The translations under genes were made by a program, and so were the position numbers. The notes below the pieces were generated by a model. The model made no database searches. It saw nothing but the letters and a program-made list of their open reading frames with translations, and was not told where the DNA came from. Positions 12,494 through 27,452 of a stretch of 64,000 bases of DNA are shown here, piece by piece (position 1 is the stretch's first letter; each line of letters starts with the position of its first letter). Source of the DNA: Auanema rhodensis (taxonomy: Eukaryota > Animalia > Nematoda); assembly GCA_964057225.1 (NCBI GenBank), contig CAXKVF010000078.1, positions 372,001-436,000 of the forward strand. Reading direction: 5' to 3'.

Positions 12494-14253
12494 GACATGA
12501 GGAATCTAATTTTGAAAACCGCATCTCTTTATCTTTCACGTGAAGCGAGTTACATACCAAGTGCACATCACGTGTACATTTAATTAGCATAAATTAAAGT
12601 TCACGTAAATTTCAAAGTCATGGTTACCATGCACCAATATCAATAAAAATTTGTTTTTAGACTAATATGGACATGAGGAATCTAATTTTGAAAACCGCAT
12701 CTCTTTATCTTTCACGTGAAGCGAGTTACATACCAAGTGCACATCACGTGTACATTTAATTAGCATAAATTAAAGTTCACGTAAATTTCAAAGTCGTGGT
12801 TACCATGCACCAATATCAATAAAAATTCGTTTTTAGACTAATATGGACATGGGGAATCTAATTTTGAAAACCGCATCTCTTTATCTTTCACGTGAAGCGA
12901 GTTACATACCAAGTGCACATCACGTGTACATTTAATTAGCATAAATTAAAGTTCACGTAAATTTCAAAGTCATGGTTACCATGCACCAATATCAATAAAA
13001 ATTAGTTTTTAGACTAATATGGACATGGGGAATCTAATTTTGAAAACCGCATCTCTTTATCTTTCACGTGAAGCGAGTTACATACCAAGTGCACATCACG
13101 TGTACATTTAATTAGCATAAATTAAAGTTCACGTAAATTTCAAAGTCGTGGTTACCATGCACCAATATCAATAAAAATTCGTTTTTAGACTAATATGGAC
13201 ATGGGGAATCTAACTTTGAAAACCGCATCTCTTTATCTTTCACGTGAAGCGAGTTACATACCAAGTGCACATCACGTGTACATTTAATTAGCATAAATTA
13301 AAGTTCACGTAAATTTCAAAATCATGGTTACCATGCACCAATATCAATAAAAATTTGTTTTTAGACTAATATGGACATGAGGAATCCAATTTTGAAAACC
13401 GCATCTCTTTATCTTTCACGTGAAGCGAGTTACATACCAAGTGCACATCACGTGTACATTTAATTAGCATAAATTAAAGTTCACGTAAATTTCAAAGTCA
13501 TGGTTACCATGCACCAATATCAATAAAAATTTGTTTTTAGACTAATATGGACATGAGGAATCTAATTTTGAAAACCGCATCTCTTTATCTTTCACGTGAA
13601 GCGAGTTACATACCAAGTGCACATCACGTGTACATTTAATAAGCATAAATTAAAGTTCACGTAAATTTCAAAGTCGTGGTTACCATGCACCAATATCAAT
13701 AAAAATTCGTTTTTAGACTAATATGGACATGGGGAATCTAATTTTGAAAACCGCATCTCTTTATCTTTCACGTGAAGCGAGTTACATACCAAGTGCACAT
13801 CACGTGTACATTTAATTAGCATAAATTAAAGTTCACGTAAATTTCAAAGTCATGGTTACCATGCACCAATATCAATAAAAATCAGTTTTTAGACTAATAT
13901 GGACATGGGGAATCTAATTTTGAAAACCGCATCTCTTTATCTTTCACGTGAAGCGAGTTACATACCAAGTGCACATCACGTGTACATTTAATTAGCATAA
14001 ATTAAAGTTCACGTAAATTTCAAAGTCGTGGTTACCATGCACCAATATCAATAAAAATTCGTTTTTAGACTAATATGGACATGGGGAATCTAACTTTGAA
14101 AACCGCATCTCTTTATCTTTCACGTGAAGCGAGTTACATACCAAGTGCACATCACGTGTACATTTAATTAGCATAAATTAAAGTTCACGTAAATTTCAAA
14201 GTCATGGTTACCATGCACCAATATCAATAAAAATTTGTTTTTAGACTAATATG
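12494..14253. repeat. 5-monomer duplication (880 bp) x2
   Basis: GAGG / GAGG+GTCGT+ATTCG / AT(T/C)AG / GTCGT+ATTCG / AACTTT occurs at 12494 and 13374. Confidence 0.8.
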
Positions 14254-14605
14254 GACATGAGGAATCTAATTTTGAAAACCGCATCTCTTTATCTTTCACG
14301 TGAAGCGAGTTACATACCAAGTGCACATCACGTGTACATTTAATTAGCATAAATTAAAGTTCACGTAAATTTCAAAGTCATGGTTACCATGCACCAATAT
14401 CAATAAAAATTTGTTTTTAGACTAATATGGACATGGGCAATCTAATTTTGAGAACCGCATCTCTTTATCTTTCACGTGAAGCGAGTTACATACCAAGTGC
14501 ACATCACGTGTACATTTAATTAGCATAAATTAAAGTTCACGTAAATTTCAAAGTCATGGTTACCATGCACCAATATCAATAAAAATTTGTTTTTAGACTA
14601 ATATG

Positions 14606-17600
14606 GACATGGGGAATCTAATTTTGAAAACCGCATCTCTTTATCTTTCACGTGAAGCGAGTTACATACCAAGTGCACATCACGTGTACATTTAATTAGC
14701 ATAAATTAAAGTTCACGTAAATTTCAAAGTCATGGTTACCATGCACCAATATCAATAAAATTTTGTTTTTAGACTAATATGGACATGGGGAATCTAATTT
14801 TGAAAACCGCATCTCTTTATCTTTCACGTGAAGCGAGTTACATACCAAGTGCACATCACGTGTACATTTAATTAGCATAAATTAAAGTTCACGTAAATTT
14901 CAAAGTCATGGTTACCACGCACCAATATCAATAAAAATTTGTTTTTAGACTAATATTGACATGGGGAATCTAATTTTGAAAACCGCATCTCTTTATCTTT
15001 CACGTGAAGCAAGTTACATACCAAGTGCACATCACGTGTACATTTAATTAGCATAAATTAAAGCTCACGTAAATTTCAAAGTCATGGTTACCATGAAGCA
15101 ATATCAATAAAAATTTGTTTTTAGACTAATATGGACATGGGGAATCTAATTTTGAAAACCGCATCTCTTTATCTTTCACGTGAAGCGAGTTACATACCAA
15201 GTGCACATCACGTGTACATTTAATTAGCATAAATTATAGTTCACGTAAATTTCAAAGTCATGGTTACCATGAACCAATATCAATAAAAATTTGTTTTTAG
15301 ACTAATATGGACATGGGGAATCTAATTTTGAAAACCGCATCTCTTTATCTTTCACGTGAAGCGAGTTACATACCAAGTGCACATCACGTGTACATTTAAT
15401 TAGCATAAATTAAAGTTCACGTAAATTTCAAAGTCATGGTTACCATGCACCAATATCAATAAAAATTTGTTTTTAGACTAATATGGACATGGGGAATCTA
15501 ATTTTGAAAACCGCATCTCTTTATCTTTCACGTGAAGCGAGTTACATACCAAGTGCACATCAAGTGTACATTTAATTAGCATAAATTAAAGTTCACGTAA
15601 ATTTCAAAGTCATGGTTACCATGCACCAATATCAATAAAAATTTTTTTGTAGACTAATATGGACATGGGGAATCTAATTTTGAGAACCGCATCTCTTTAT
15701 CTTTCACGTGAAGCGAGTTACATACCAAGTGCACATCACGTGTACATTTAATTAGCATAAATTAAAGTTCACGTAAATTTCAAAGTCATGGTTACCATGC
15801 ACCAATATCAATAAAAATTTGTTTTTAGACTAATATGGACATGAGGAATCTAATTTTGAAAACCGCATCTCTTTATCTTTCACGTGAAGCGAGTTACATA
15901 CCAAGTGCACATCACGTGTACATTTAATTAGCATAAATTAAAGTTCACGTAAATTTCAAAGTCATGGTTACCATGCACCAATATCAATAAAAATTTGTTT
16001 TTAGACTAATATGGACATGAGGAATCTAATTTTGAAAACCGCATCTCTTTATCTTTCACGTGAAGCGAGTTACATACCAAGTGCACATCACGTGTACATT
16101 TAATTAGCATAAATTAAAGTTCACGTAAATTTCAAAGTCGTGGTTACCATGCACCAATATCAATAAAAATTCGTTTTTAGACTAATATGGACATGGGGAA
16201 TCAAATTTTGAAAACCGCATCTCTTTATCTTTCACGTGAAGCGAGTTACATACCAAGTGCACATCACGTGTACATTTAATTAGCATAAATTAAAGTTCAC
16301 GTAAATTTCAAAGTCATGGTTACCATGCACCAATATCAATAAAAATTTGTTTTTAGACTAATATGGACATGAGGAATCTAATTTTGAAAACCGCATCTCT
16401 TTATCTTTCACGTGAAGCGAGTTACATACCAAGTGCACATCACGTGTACATTTAATTAGCATAAATTAAAGTTCACGTAAATTTCAAAGTCGTGGTTACC
16501 ATGCACCAATATCAATAAAAATTCGTTTTTAGACTAATATGGACATGGGGAATCTAATTTTGAAAACCGCATCTCTTTATCTTTCACGTGAAGCGAGTTA
16601 CATACCAAGTGCACATCACGTGTACATTTAATTAGCATAAATTAAAGTTCACGTAAATTTGAAAGTCATGGTTACCATGCACCAATATCAATAAAAATTA
16701 GTTTTTAGACTAATATGGACATGGGGAATCTAATTTTGAAAACCGCATCTCTTTATCTTTCACGTGAAGCGAGTTACATACCAAGTGCACATCACGTGTA
16801 CATTTAATTAGCATAAATTAAAGTTCACGTAAATTTCAAAGTCGTGGTTACCATGCACCAATATCAATAAAAATTCGTTTTTAGACTAATATGGACATGG
16901 GGAATCTAACTTTGAAAACCGCATCTCTTTATCTTTCACGTGAAGCGAGTTACATACCAAGTGCACATCACGTGTACATTTAATTAGCATAAATTAAAGT
17001 TCACGTAAATTTCAAAGTCATGGTTACCATGCACCAATATCAATAAAAATTTGTTTTTAGACTAATATGGACATGAGGAATCTAATTTTGAAAACCGCAT
17101 CTCTTTATCTTTCACGTGAAGCGAGTTACATACCAAGTGCACATCACGTGTACATTTAATTAGCATAAATTAAAGTTCACGTAAATTTCAAAGTCATGGT
17201 TACCATGCACCAATATCAATAAAAATTTGTTTTTAGACTAATATGGACATGGGGAATCTAATTTTGAAAACCGCATCTCTTTATCTTTCACGTGAAGCGA
17301 GTTACATACCAAGTGCACATCACGTGTACATTTAATTAGCATAAATTAAAGTTCACGTAAATTTCAAAGTCATGGTTACCATGCACCAATATCAATAAAA
17401 ATTTGTTTTTAGACTAATATGGACATGGGGAATCTAATTTTGAAAACCGCATCTCTTTATCTTTCACGTGAAGCGAGTTACATACCAAGTGCACATCACG
17501 TGTACATTTAATTAGCATAAATTAAAGTTCACGTAAATTTCAAAGTCATGGTTACCATGAAGCAATATCAATAAAAATTTGTTTTTAGACTAATATGGAC

Positions 17601-20600
17601 ATGGGGAATCTAATTTTGAAAACCGCATCTCTTTATCTTTCACGTGAAGCGAGTTACATACCAAGTGCACATCACGTGTACATTTAATTAGCATAAATTA
17701 AAGTTCACGTAAATTTCAAAGTCATGGTTACCATGAACCAATATCAATAAAAATTTGTTTTTAGACTAATATGGACATGGGGAATCTAATTTTGAAAACC
17801 GCATCTCTTTATCTTTCACGTGAAGCGAGTTACATACCAAGTGCACATCACGTGTACATTTAATTAGCATAAATTAAAGTTCACGTAAATTTCAAAGTCA
17901 TGGTTACCATGCACCAATATCAATAAAAATTAGTTTTTAGACTAATATGGACATGGGGAATCTAATTTTGAAAACCGCATCTCTTTATCTTTCACGTGAA
18001 GCGAGTTACATACCAAGTGCACATCACGTGTACATTTAATTAGCATAAATTAAAGTTCACGTAAATTTCAAAGTCGTGGTTACCATGCACCAATATCAAT
18101 AAAAATTCGTTTTTAGACTAATATGGACATGGGGAATCTAACTTTGAAAACCGCATCTCTTTATCTTTCACGTGAAGCGAGTTACATACCAAGTGCACAT
18201 CACGTGTACATTTAATTAGCATAAATTAAAGTTCACGTAAATTTCAAAGTCATGGTTACCATGAACCAATATCAATAAAAATTTGTTTTTAGACTAATAT
18301 GGACATGGGGAATCTAATTTTGAAAACCGCATCTCTTTATCTTTCACGTGAAGCGAGTTACATACCAAGTGCACATCACGTGTACATTTAATTAGCATAA
18401 ATTAAAGTTCACGTAAATTTCAAAGTCATGGTTACCATGCACCAATATCAATAAAAATTAGTTTTTAGACTAATATGGACATGGGGAATCTAATTTTGAA
18501 AACCGCATCTCTTTATCTTTCACGTGAAGCGAGTTACATACCAAGTGCACATCACGTGTACATTTAATTAGCATAAATTAAAGTTCACGTAAATTTCAAA
18601 GTCGTGGTTACCATGCACCAATATCAATAAAAATTCGTTTTTAGACTAATATGGACATGGGGAATCTAACTTTGAAAACCGCATCTCTTTATCTTTCACG
18701 TGAAGCGAGTTACATACCAAGTGCACATCACGTGTACATTTAATTAGCATAAATTAAAGTTCACGTAAATTTCAAAGTCATGGTTACCATGCACCAATAT
18801 CAATAAAATTTTGTTTTTAGACTAATATGGACATGTGGAATCTAATTTTGAAAACCGCATCTCTTTATCTTTCACGTGAAGCGAGTTACATACCAAGTGC
18901 ACATCACGTGTACATTTAATTAGCATAAATTAAAGTTCACGTAAATTTCAAAGTCATGGTTACCACGCACCAATATCAATAAAAATTTGTTTTTAGACTA
19001 ATATTGACATGGGGAATCTAATTTTGAAAACCGCATCTCTTTATCTTTCACGTGAAGCGAGTTACATACCAAGTGCACATCACGTGTACATTTAATTAGC
19101 ATAAATTATAGTTCACGTAAATTTCAAAGTCATGGTTACCATGAACCAATATCAATAAAAATTTGTTTTTAGACTAATATGGACATGGGGAATCTAATTT
19201 TGAAAACCGCATCTCTTTATCTTTCACGTGAAGCGAGTTACATACCAAGTGCACATCACGTGTACATTTAATTAGCATAAATTAAAGTTCACGTAAATTT
19301 CAAAGTCATGGTTACCATGCACCAATATCAATAAAAATTTGTTTTTAGACTAATATGGACATGGGGAATCTAATTTTGAAAACCGCATCTCTTTATCTTT
19401 CACGTGAAGCGAGTTACATACCAAGTGCACATCAAGTGTACATTTAATTAGCATAAATTAAAGTTCACGTAAATTTCAAAGTCATGGTTACCATGCACCA
19501 ATATCAATAAAAATTTTTTTGTAGACTAATATGGACATGGGGAATCTAATTTTGAAAACCGCATCTCTTTATCTTTCACGTGAAGCGAGTTACATACCAA
19601 GTGCACATCACGTGTACATTTAATTAGCATAAATTAAAGTTCACGTAAATTTCAAAGTCATGGTTACCATGCACCAATATCAATAAAAATTTGTTTTTAG
19701 ACTAATATGGACATGAGGAATCTAATTTTGAAAACCGCATCTCTTTATCTTTCACGTGAAGCGAGTTACATACCAAGTGCACATCACGTGTACATTTAAT
19801 TAGCATAAATTAAAGTTCACGTAAATTTCAAAGTCATGGTTACCATGCACCAATATCAATAAAAATTTGTTTTTAGACTAATATGGACATGAGGAATCTA
19901 ATTTTGAAAACCGCATCTCTTTATCTTTCACGTGAAGCGAGTTACATACCAAGTGCACATCACGTGTACATTTAATTAGCATAAATTAAAGTTCACGTAA
20001 ATTTCAAAGTCGTGGTTACCATGCACCAATATCAATAAAAATTCGTTTTTAGACTAATATGGACATGGGGAATCAAATTTTGAAAACCGCATCTCTTTAT
20101 CTTTCACGTGAAGCGAGTTACATACCAAGTGCACATCACGTGTACATTTAATTAGCATAAATTAAAGTTCACGTAAATTTCAAAGTCATGGTTACCATGC
20201 ACCAATATCAATAAAAATTTGTTTTTAGACTAATATGGACATGGGGAATCTAATTTTGAAAACCGCATCTCTTTATCTTTCACGTGAAGCGAGTTACATA
20301 CCAAGTGCACATCACGTGTACATTTAATTAGCATAAATTAAAGTTCACGTAAATTTCAAAGTCGTGGTTACCATGCACCAATATCAATAAAAATTCGTTT
20401 TTAGACTAATATGGACATGGGGAATCTAACTTTGAAAACCGCATCTCTTTATCTTTCACGTGAAGCGAGTTACATACCAAGTGCACATCACGTGTACATT
20501 TAATTAGCATAAATTAAAGTTCACGTAAATTTCAAAGTCATGGTTACCATGCACCAATATCAATAAAAATTTGTTTTTAGACTAATATGGACATGAGGAA

Positions 20601-23600
20601 TCTAATTTTGAAAACCGCATCTCTTTAACTTTTTACGTGAAGCGAGTTACATACCAAGTGCACATCACGTGTACATTTAATTAGCATAAATTAAAGTTCA
20701 CGTAAATTTCAAAGTCATGGTTACCATGCACCAATATCAATAAAAATTTGTTTTTAGACTAATATGGACATGGGCAATCTAATTTTGAGAACCGCATCTC
20801 TTTATCTTTCACGTGAAGCGAGTTACATACCAAGTGCACATCACGTGTACATTTAATTAGCATAAATTAAAGTTCACGTAAATTTCAAAGTCATGGTTAC
20901 CATGCACCAATATCAATAAAAATTTGTTTTTAGACTAATATGGACATGGGGAATCTAATTTTGAAAACCGCATCTCTTTATCTTTCACGTGAAGCGAGTT
21001 ACATACCAAGTGCACATCACGTGTACATTTAATTAGCATAAATTAAAGTTCACGTAAATTTCAAAGTCATGGTTACCATGCACCAATATCAATAAAAATT
21101 TGTTTTTAGACTAATATGGACATGGGCAATCTAATTTTGAGAACCGCATCTCTTAATCTTTCACGTGAAGCGAGTTACATACCAAGTGCACATCACGTGT
21201 ACATTTAATTAGCATAAATTAAAGTTCACGTAAATTTCAAAGTCATGGTTACCATGCACCAATATCAATAAAAATTTGTTTTTAGACTAATATGGACATG
21301 GGGAATCTAATTTTGAAAACCGCATCTCTTTATCTTTCACGTGAAGCGAGTTACATACCAAGTGCACATCACGTGTACATTTAATTAGCATAAATTAAAG
21401 TTCACGTAAATTTCAAAGTCATGGTTACCATGAACCAATATCAATAAAAATTTGTTTTTAGACTAATATGGACATGAGGAATCTAATTTTGAAAACCGCA
21501 TCTCTTTATCTTTCACGTGAAGCGAGTTACATACCAAGTGCACATCACGTTTACATTTAATTAGCATAAATTAAAGTTCACGTAAATTTCAAAGTCATGG
21601 TTACCATGCACCAATATCAATAAAAATTTGTTTTTAGACTAATATGAACATGAGGAATCTAATTTTGAAAACCGCATCTCTTTATCTTTCACGTGAAGCG
21701 AGTTACATACCAAGTGCACATCACGTGTACATTTAATTAGCATAAATTAAAGTTCACGTAAATTTCAAAGTCATGGTTACCATGCACCAATATCAATAAA
21801 AATTTGTTTTTAGACTAATATGGACATGGGGAATCTAATTTTGAAAACCGCATCTCTTTATCTTTCACGTGAAGCGAGTTACATACCAAGTGCACATCAC
21901 GTGTACATTTAATTAGCATAAATTAAAGTTCACGTAAATTTCAAAGTCGTGGTTACCATGCACCAATATCAATAAAAATTTGTTTTTAGACTAATCTGGA
22001 CATGAGGAATCTAACTTTGAAAACCGCATCTCTTTATCTTTCACGTGAAGCGAGTTACATACCAAGTGCACATCACGTGTACATTTAATTAGCATAAATT
22101 AAAGTTCACGTAAATTTCAAAGTCATGGTTACCATGCACCAATATCAATAAAAATTTGTTTTTAGACTAATATGGACATGAGGAATCTAATTTTGAAAAC
22201 CGCATCTCTTTATCTTTCACGTGAAGCGAGTTACATACCAAGTGCACATCAAGTGTACATTTAATTAGCATAAATTAAAGTTCACGTAAATTTCAAAGTC
22301 ATGGTTACCATGCACCAATATCAATAAAAATTTTTTTGTAGACTAATATGGACATGGGGAATCTAATTTTGAAAACCGCATCTCTTTATCTTTCACGTGA
22401 AGCGAGTTACATACCAAGTGCACATCACGTGTACATTTAATTAGCATAAATTAAAGTTCACGTAAATTTCAAAGTCATGGTTACCATGCACCAATATCAA
22501 TAAAAATTTGTTTTTAGACTAATATGGACATGAGGAATCTAATTTTGAAAACCGCATCTCTTTATCTTTCACGTGAAGCGAGTTACATACCAAGTGCACA
22601 TCACGTGTACATTTAATTAGCATAAATTAAAGTTCACGTAAATTTCAAAGTCATGGTTACCATGCACCAATATCAATAAAAATTTGTTTTTAGACTAATA
22701 TGGACATGAGGAATCTAATTTTGAAAACCGCATCTCTTTATCTTTCACGTGAAGCGAGTTACATACCAAGTGCACATCACGTGTACATTTAATTAGCATA
22801 AATTAAAGTTCACGTAAATTTCAAAGTCATGGTTACCATGCACCAATATCAATAAAAATTAGTTTTTAGACTAATATGGACATGGGGAATCTAATTTTGA
22901 AAACCGCATCTCTTTATCTTTCACGTGAAGCGAGTTACATACCAAGTGCACATCACGTGTACATTTAATTAGCATAAATTAAAGTTCACGTAAATTTCAA
23001 AGTCGTGGTTACCATGCACCAATATCAATAAAAATTCGTTTTTAGACTAATATGGACATGGGGAATCTAACTTTGAAAACCGCATCTCTTTATCTTTCAC
23101 GTGAAGCGAGTTACATACCAAGTGCACATCACGTGTACATTTAATTAGCATAAATTAAAGTTCACGTAAATTTCAAAGTCATGGTTACCATGCACCAATA
23201 TCAATAAAATTTTGTTTTTAGACTAATATGGACATGGGGAATCTAATTTTGAAAACCGCATCTCTTTATCTTTCACGTGAAGCGAGTTACATACCAAGTG
23301 CACATCACGTGTACATTTAATTAGCATAAATTAAAGTTCACGTAAATTTCAAAGTCATGGTTACCACGCACCAATATCAATAAAAATTTGTTTTTAGACT
23401 AATATTGACATGGGGAATCTAATTTTGAAAACCGCATCTCTTTATCTTTCACGTGAAGCGAGTTACATACCAAGTGCACATCACGTGTACATTTAATTAG
23501 CATAAATTATAGTTCACGTAAATTTCAAAGTCATGGTTACCATGAACCAATATCAATAAAAATTTGTTTTTAGACTAATATGGACATGGGGAATCTAATT

Positions 23601-25869
23601 TTGAAAACCGCATCTCTTTATCTTTCACGTGAAGCGAGTTACATACCAAGTGCACATCACGTGTACATTTAATTAGCATAAATTAAAGTTCACGTAAATT
23701 TCAAAGTCATGGTTACCATGCACCAATATCAATAAAAATTTGTTTTTAGACTAATATGGACATGGGGAATCTAATTTTGAAAACCGCATCTCTTTATCTT
23801 TCACGTGAAGCGAGTTACATACCAAGTGCACATCAAGTGTACATTTAATTAGCATAAATTAAAGTTCACGTAAATTTCAAAGTCATGGTTACCATGCACC
23901 AATATCAATAAAAATTTTTTTGTAGACTAATATGGACATGGGGAATCTAATTTTGAAAACCGCATCTCTTTATCTTTCACGTGAAGCGAGTTACATACCA
24001 AGTGCACATCACGTGTACATTTAATTAGCATAAATTAAAGTTCACGTAAATTTCAAAGTCATGGTTACCATGCACCAATATCAATAAAAATTTGTTTTTA
24101 GACTAATATGGACATGAGGAATCTAATTTTGAAAACCGCATCTCTTTATCTTTCACGTGAAGCGAGTTACATACCAAGTGCACATCACGTGTACATTTAA
24201 TTAGCATAAATTAAAGTTCACGTAAATTTCAAAGTCATGGTTACCATGCACCAATATCAATAAAAATTTGTTTTTAGACTAATATGGACATGAGGAATCT
24301 AATTTTGAAAACCGCATCTCTTTATCTTTCACGTGAAGCGAGTTACATACCAAGTGCACATCACGTGTACATTTAATTAGCATAAATTAAAGTTCACGTA
24401 AATTTCAAAGTCGTGGTTACCATGCACCAATATCAATAAAAATTCGTTTTTAGACTAATATGGACATGGGGAATCAAATTTTGAAAACCGCATCTCTTTA
24501 TCTTTCACGTGAAGCGAGTTACATACCAAGTGCACATCACGTGTACATTTAATTAGCATAAATTAAAGTTCACGTAAATTTCAAAGTCATGGTTACCATG
24601 CACCAATATCAATAAAAATTTGTTTTTAGACTAATATGGACATGGGGAATCTAATTTTGAAAACCGCATCTCTTTATCTTTCACGTGAAGCGAGTTACAT
24701 ACCAAGTGCACATCACGTGTACATTTAATTAGCATAAATTAAAGTTCACGTAAATTTCAAAGTCGTGGTTACCATGCACCAATATCAATAAAAATTCGTT
24801 TTTAGACTAATATGGACATGGGGAATCTAACTTTGAAAACCGCATCTCTTTATCTTTCACGTGAAGCGAGTTACATACCAAGTGCACATCACGTGTACAT
24901 TTAATTAGCATAAATTAAAGTTCACGTAAATTTCAAAGTCATGGTTACCATGCACCAATATCGATAAAATTTGTTTTTAGACTAATATGGACATGAGGAA
25001 TCTAATTTTGAAAACCGCATCTCTTTATCTTTCACGTGAAACGAGTTACATACCAAGTGCACATCACGTGTACATTTAATTAGCATAAATTAAAGTTCAC
25101 GTAAATTTCAAAGTCATGGTTACCATGCACCAATATCAATAACAATTTGTTTTTAGACTAATATGGACATGGGCAATCTAATTTTGAGAACCGCATCTCT
25201 TTATCTTTCACGTGAAGCGAGTTACATACCAAGTGCACATCACGTGTACATTTAATTAGCATAAATTAAAGTTCACGTAAATTTCAAAGTCATGGTTACC
25301 ATGCACCAATATCAATAAAAATTTGTTTTTAGACTAATATGGACATGGGGAATCTAATTTTGAAAACCGCATCTCTTTATCTTTCACGTGAAGCGAGTTA
25401 CATACCAAGTGCACATCACGTGTACATTTAATTAGCATAAATTAAAGTTCACGTAAATTTCAAAGTCATGGTTACCATGCACCAATATCAATAAAAATTT
25501 GTTTTTAGACTAATATGGACATGGGCAATCTAATTTTGAGAACCGCATCTCTTTATCTTTCACGTGAAGCGAGTTACATACCAAGTGCACATCACGTGTA
25601 CATTTAATTAGCATAAATTAAAGTTCACGTAAATTTCAAAGTCATGGTTACCATGCACCAATATCAATAAAAATTTGTTTTTAGACTAATATGGACATGG
25701 GGAATCTAATTTTGAAAACCGCATCTCTTTATCTTTCACGTGAAGCGAGTTACATACCAAGTGCACATCACGTGTACATTTAATTAGCATAAATTAAAGT
25801 TCACGTAAATTTCAAAGTCATGGTTACCATGAACCAATATCAATAAAAATTTGTTTTTAGACTAATATG
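14606..25869. repeat. Three related multi-kb blocks at offsets of about 23 and 25 monomers
   Basis: The rare marker ACCACG is at 14914, 18962 and 23363 (+4048, +4401). Each is followed by ATATTG, TTATAG+GAACC, TCAAG+TTTGTAG, GAGG, GAGG+GTCGT and ATCAAA in the same order. Confidence 0.88.
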
Positions 25870-27452
25870 GACATGGGGAATCTAATTTTGAAAACCGCAT
25901 CTCTTTATCTTTCACGTGAAGCGAGTTACATACCAAGTGCACATCACGTGTACATTTAATTAGCATAAATTAAAGTTCACGTAAATTTCAAAGTCATGGT
26001 TACCATGAACCAATATCAATAAAAATTTGTTTTTAGACTAATATGGACATGGGGAATCTAATTTTGAAAACCGCATCTCTTTATCTTTCACGTGAAGCGA
26101 GTTACATACCAAGTGCACATCACGTGTACATTTAATTAGCATAAATTAAAGTTCACGTAAATTTCAAAGTCATGGTTACCATGAAGCAATATCAATAAAA
26201 ATTTGTTTTTAGACTAATATGGACATGGGGAATCTAATTTTGAAAACCGCATCTCTTTATCTTTCACGTGAAGCGAGTTACATACCAAGTGCACATCACG
26301 TGTACATTTAATTAGCATAAATTAAAGTTCACGTAAATTTCAAAGTCATGGTTACCATGAAGCAATATCAATAAAAATTTCTTTTAGACTAATATGGACA
26401 TGGGGAATCTAATTTTGAAAACCGCATCTCTTTATCTTTCACGTGAAGCGAGTTACATACCAAGTGCACATCACGTGTACATTTAATTAGCATAAATTAA
26501 AGTTCACGTAAATTTCAAAGTCATGGTTACCATGAACCAATATCAATAAAAATTTGTTTTTAGACTAATATGGACATGGGAAATCTAATTTTGAAAACCG
26601 CATCTCTTTATCTTTCACGTGAAGCGAGTTACATACCAAGTGCACATCACGTGTACATTTAATTAGCATAAATTAAAGTTCACGTAAATTTCAAAGTCAT
26701 GGTTACCATGAAGCAATATCAATAAAAATTTGTTTTTAGACTAATATGGACATGGGGAATCTAATTTTGAAAACCGCATCTCTTTATCTTTCACGTGAAG
26801 CGAGTTACATACCAAGTGCACATCACGTGTACATTTAATTAGCATAAATTAAAGTTCACGTAAATTTCAAAGTCATGGTTACCATGCACCAATATCAATA
26901 AAAATTTGTTTTTAGACTAATATGGACATGGGGGATCTAATTTTGAAAACCGCATCTCTTTATCTTTCACGTGAAGCGAGTTACATACCAAGTGCACATC
27001 ACGTGTACATTTAATTAGCATAAATTAAAGTTCACGTAAATTTCAAAGTCATGGTTACCATGAAGCAATATCAATAAAAATTTGTTTTTAGACTAATATG
27101 GACATGGGGAATCTAATTTTGAAAACCGCATCTCTTTATCTTTCACGTGAAGCGAGTTACATACCAAGTGCACATCACGTGTACATTTAATTAGCATAAA
27201 TTAAAGTTCACGTAAATTTCAAAGTCATGGTTACCATGCACCAATATCAATAAAAATTTGTTTTTAGACTAATATGGACATGGGGGATCTAATTTTGAAA
27301 ACCGCATCTCTTTATCTTTCACGTGAAGCGAGTTACATACCAAGTGCACATCACGTGTACATTTAATTAGCATAAATTAAAGTTCACGTAAATTTCAAAG
27401 TCATGGTTACCATGCACCAATATCAATAAAAATTTGTTTTTAGACTAATATG

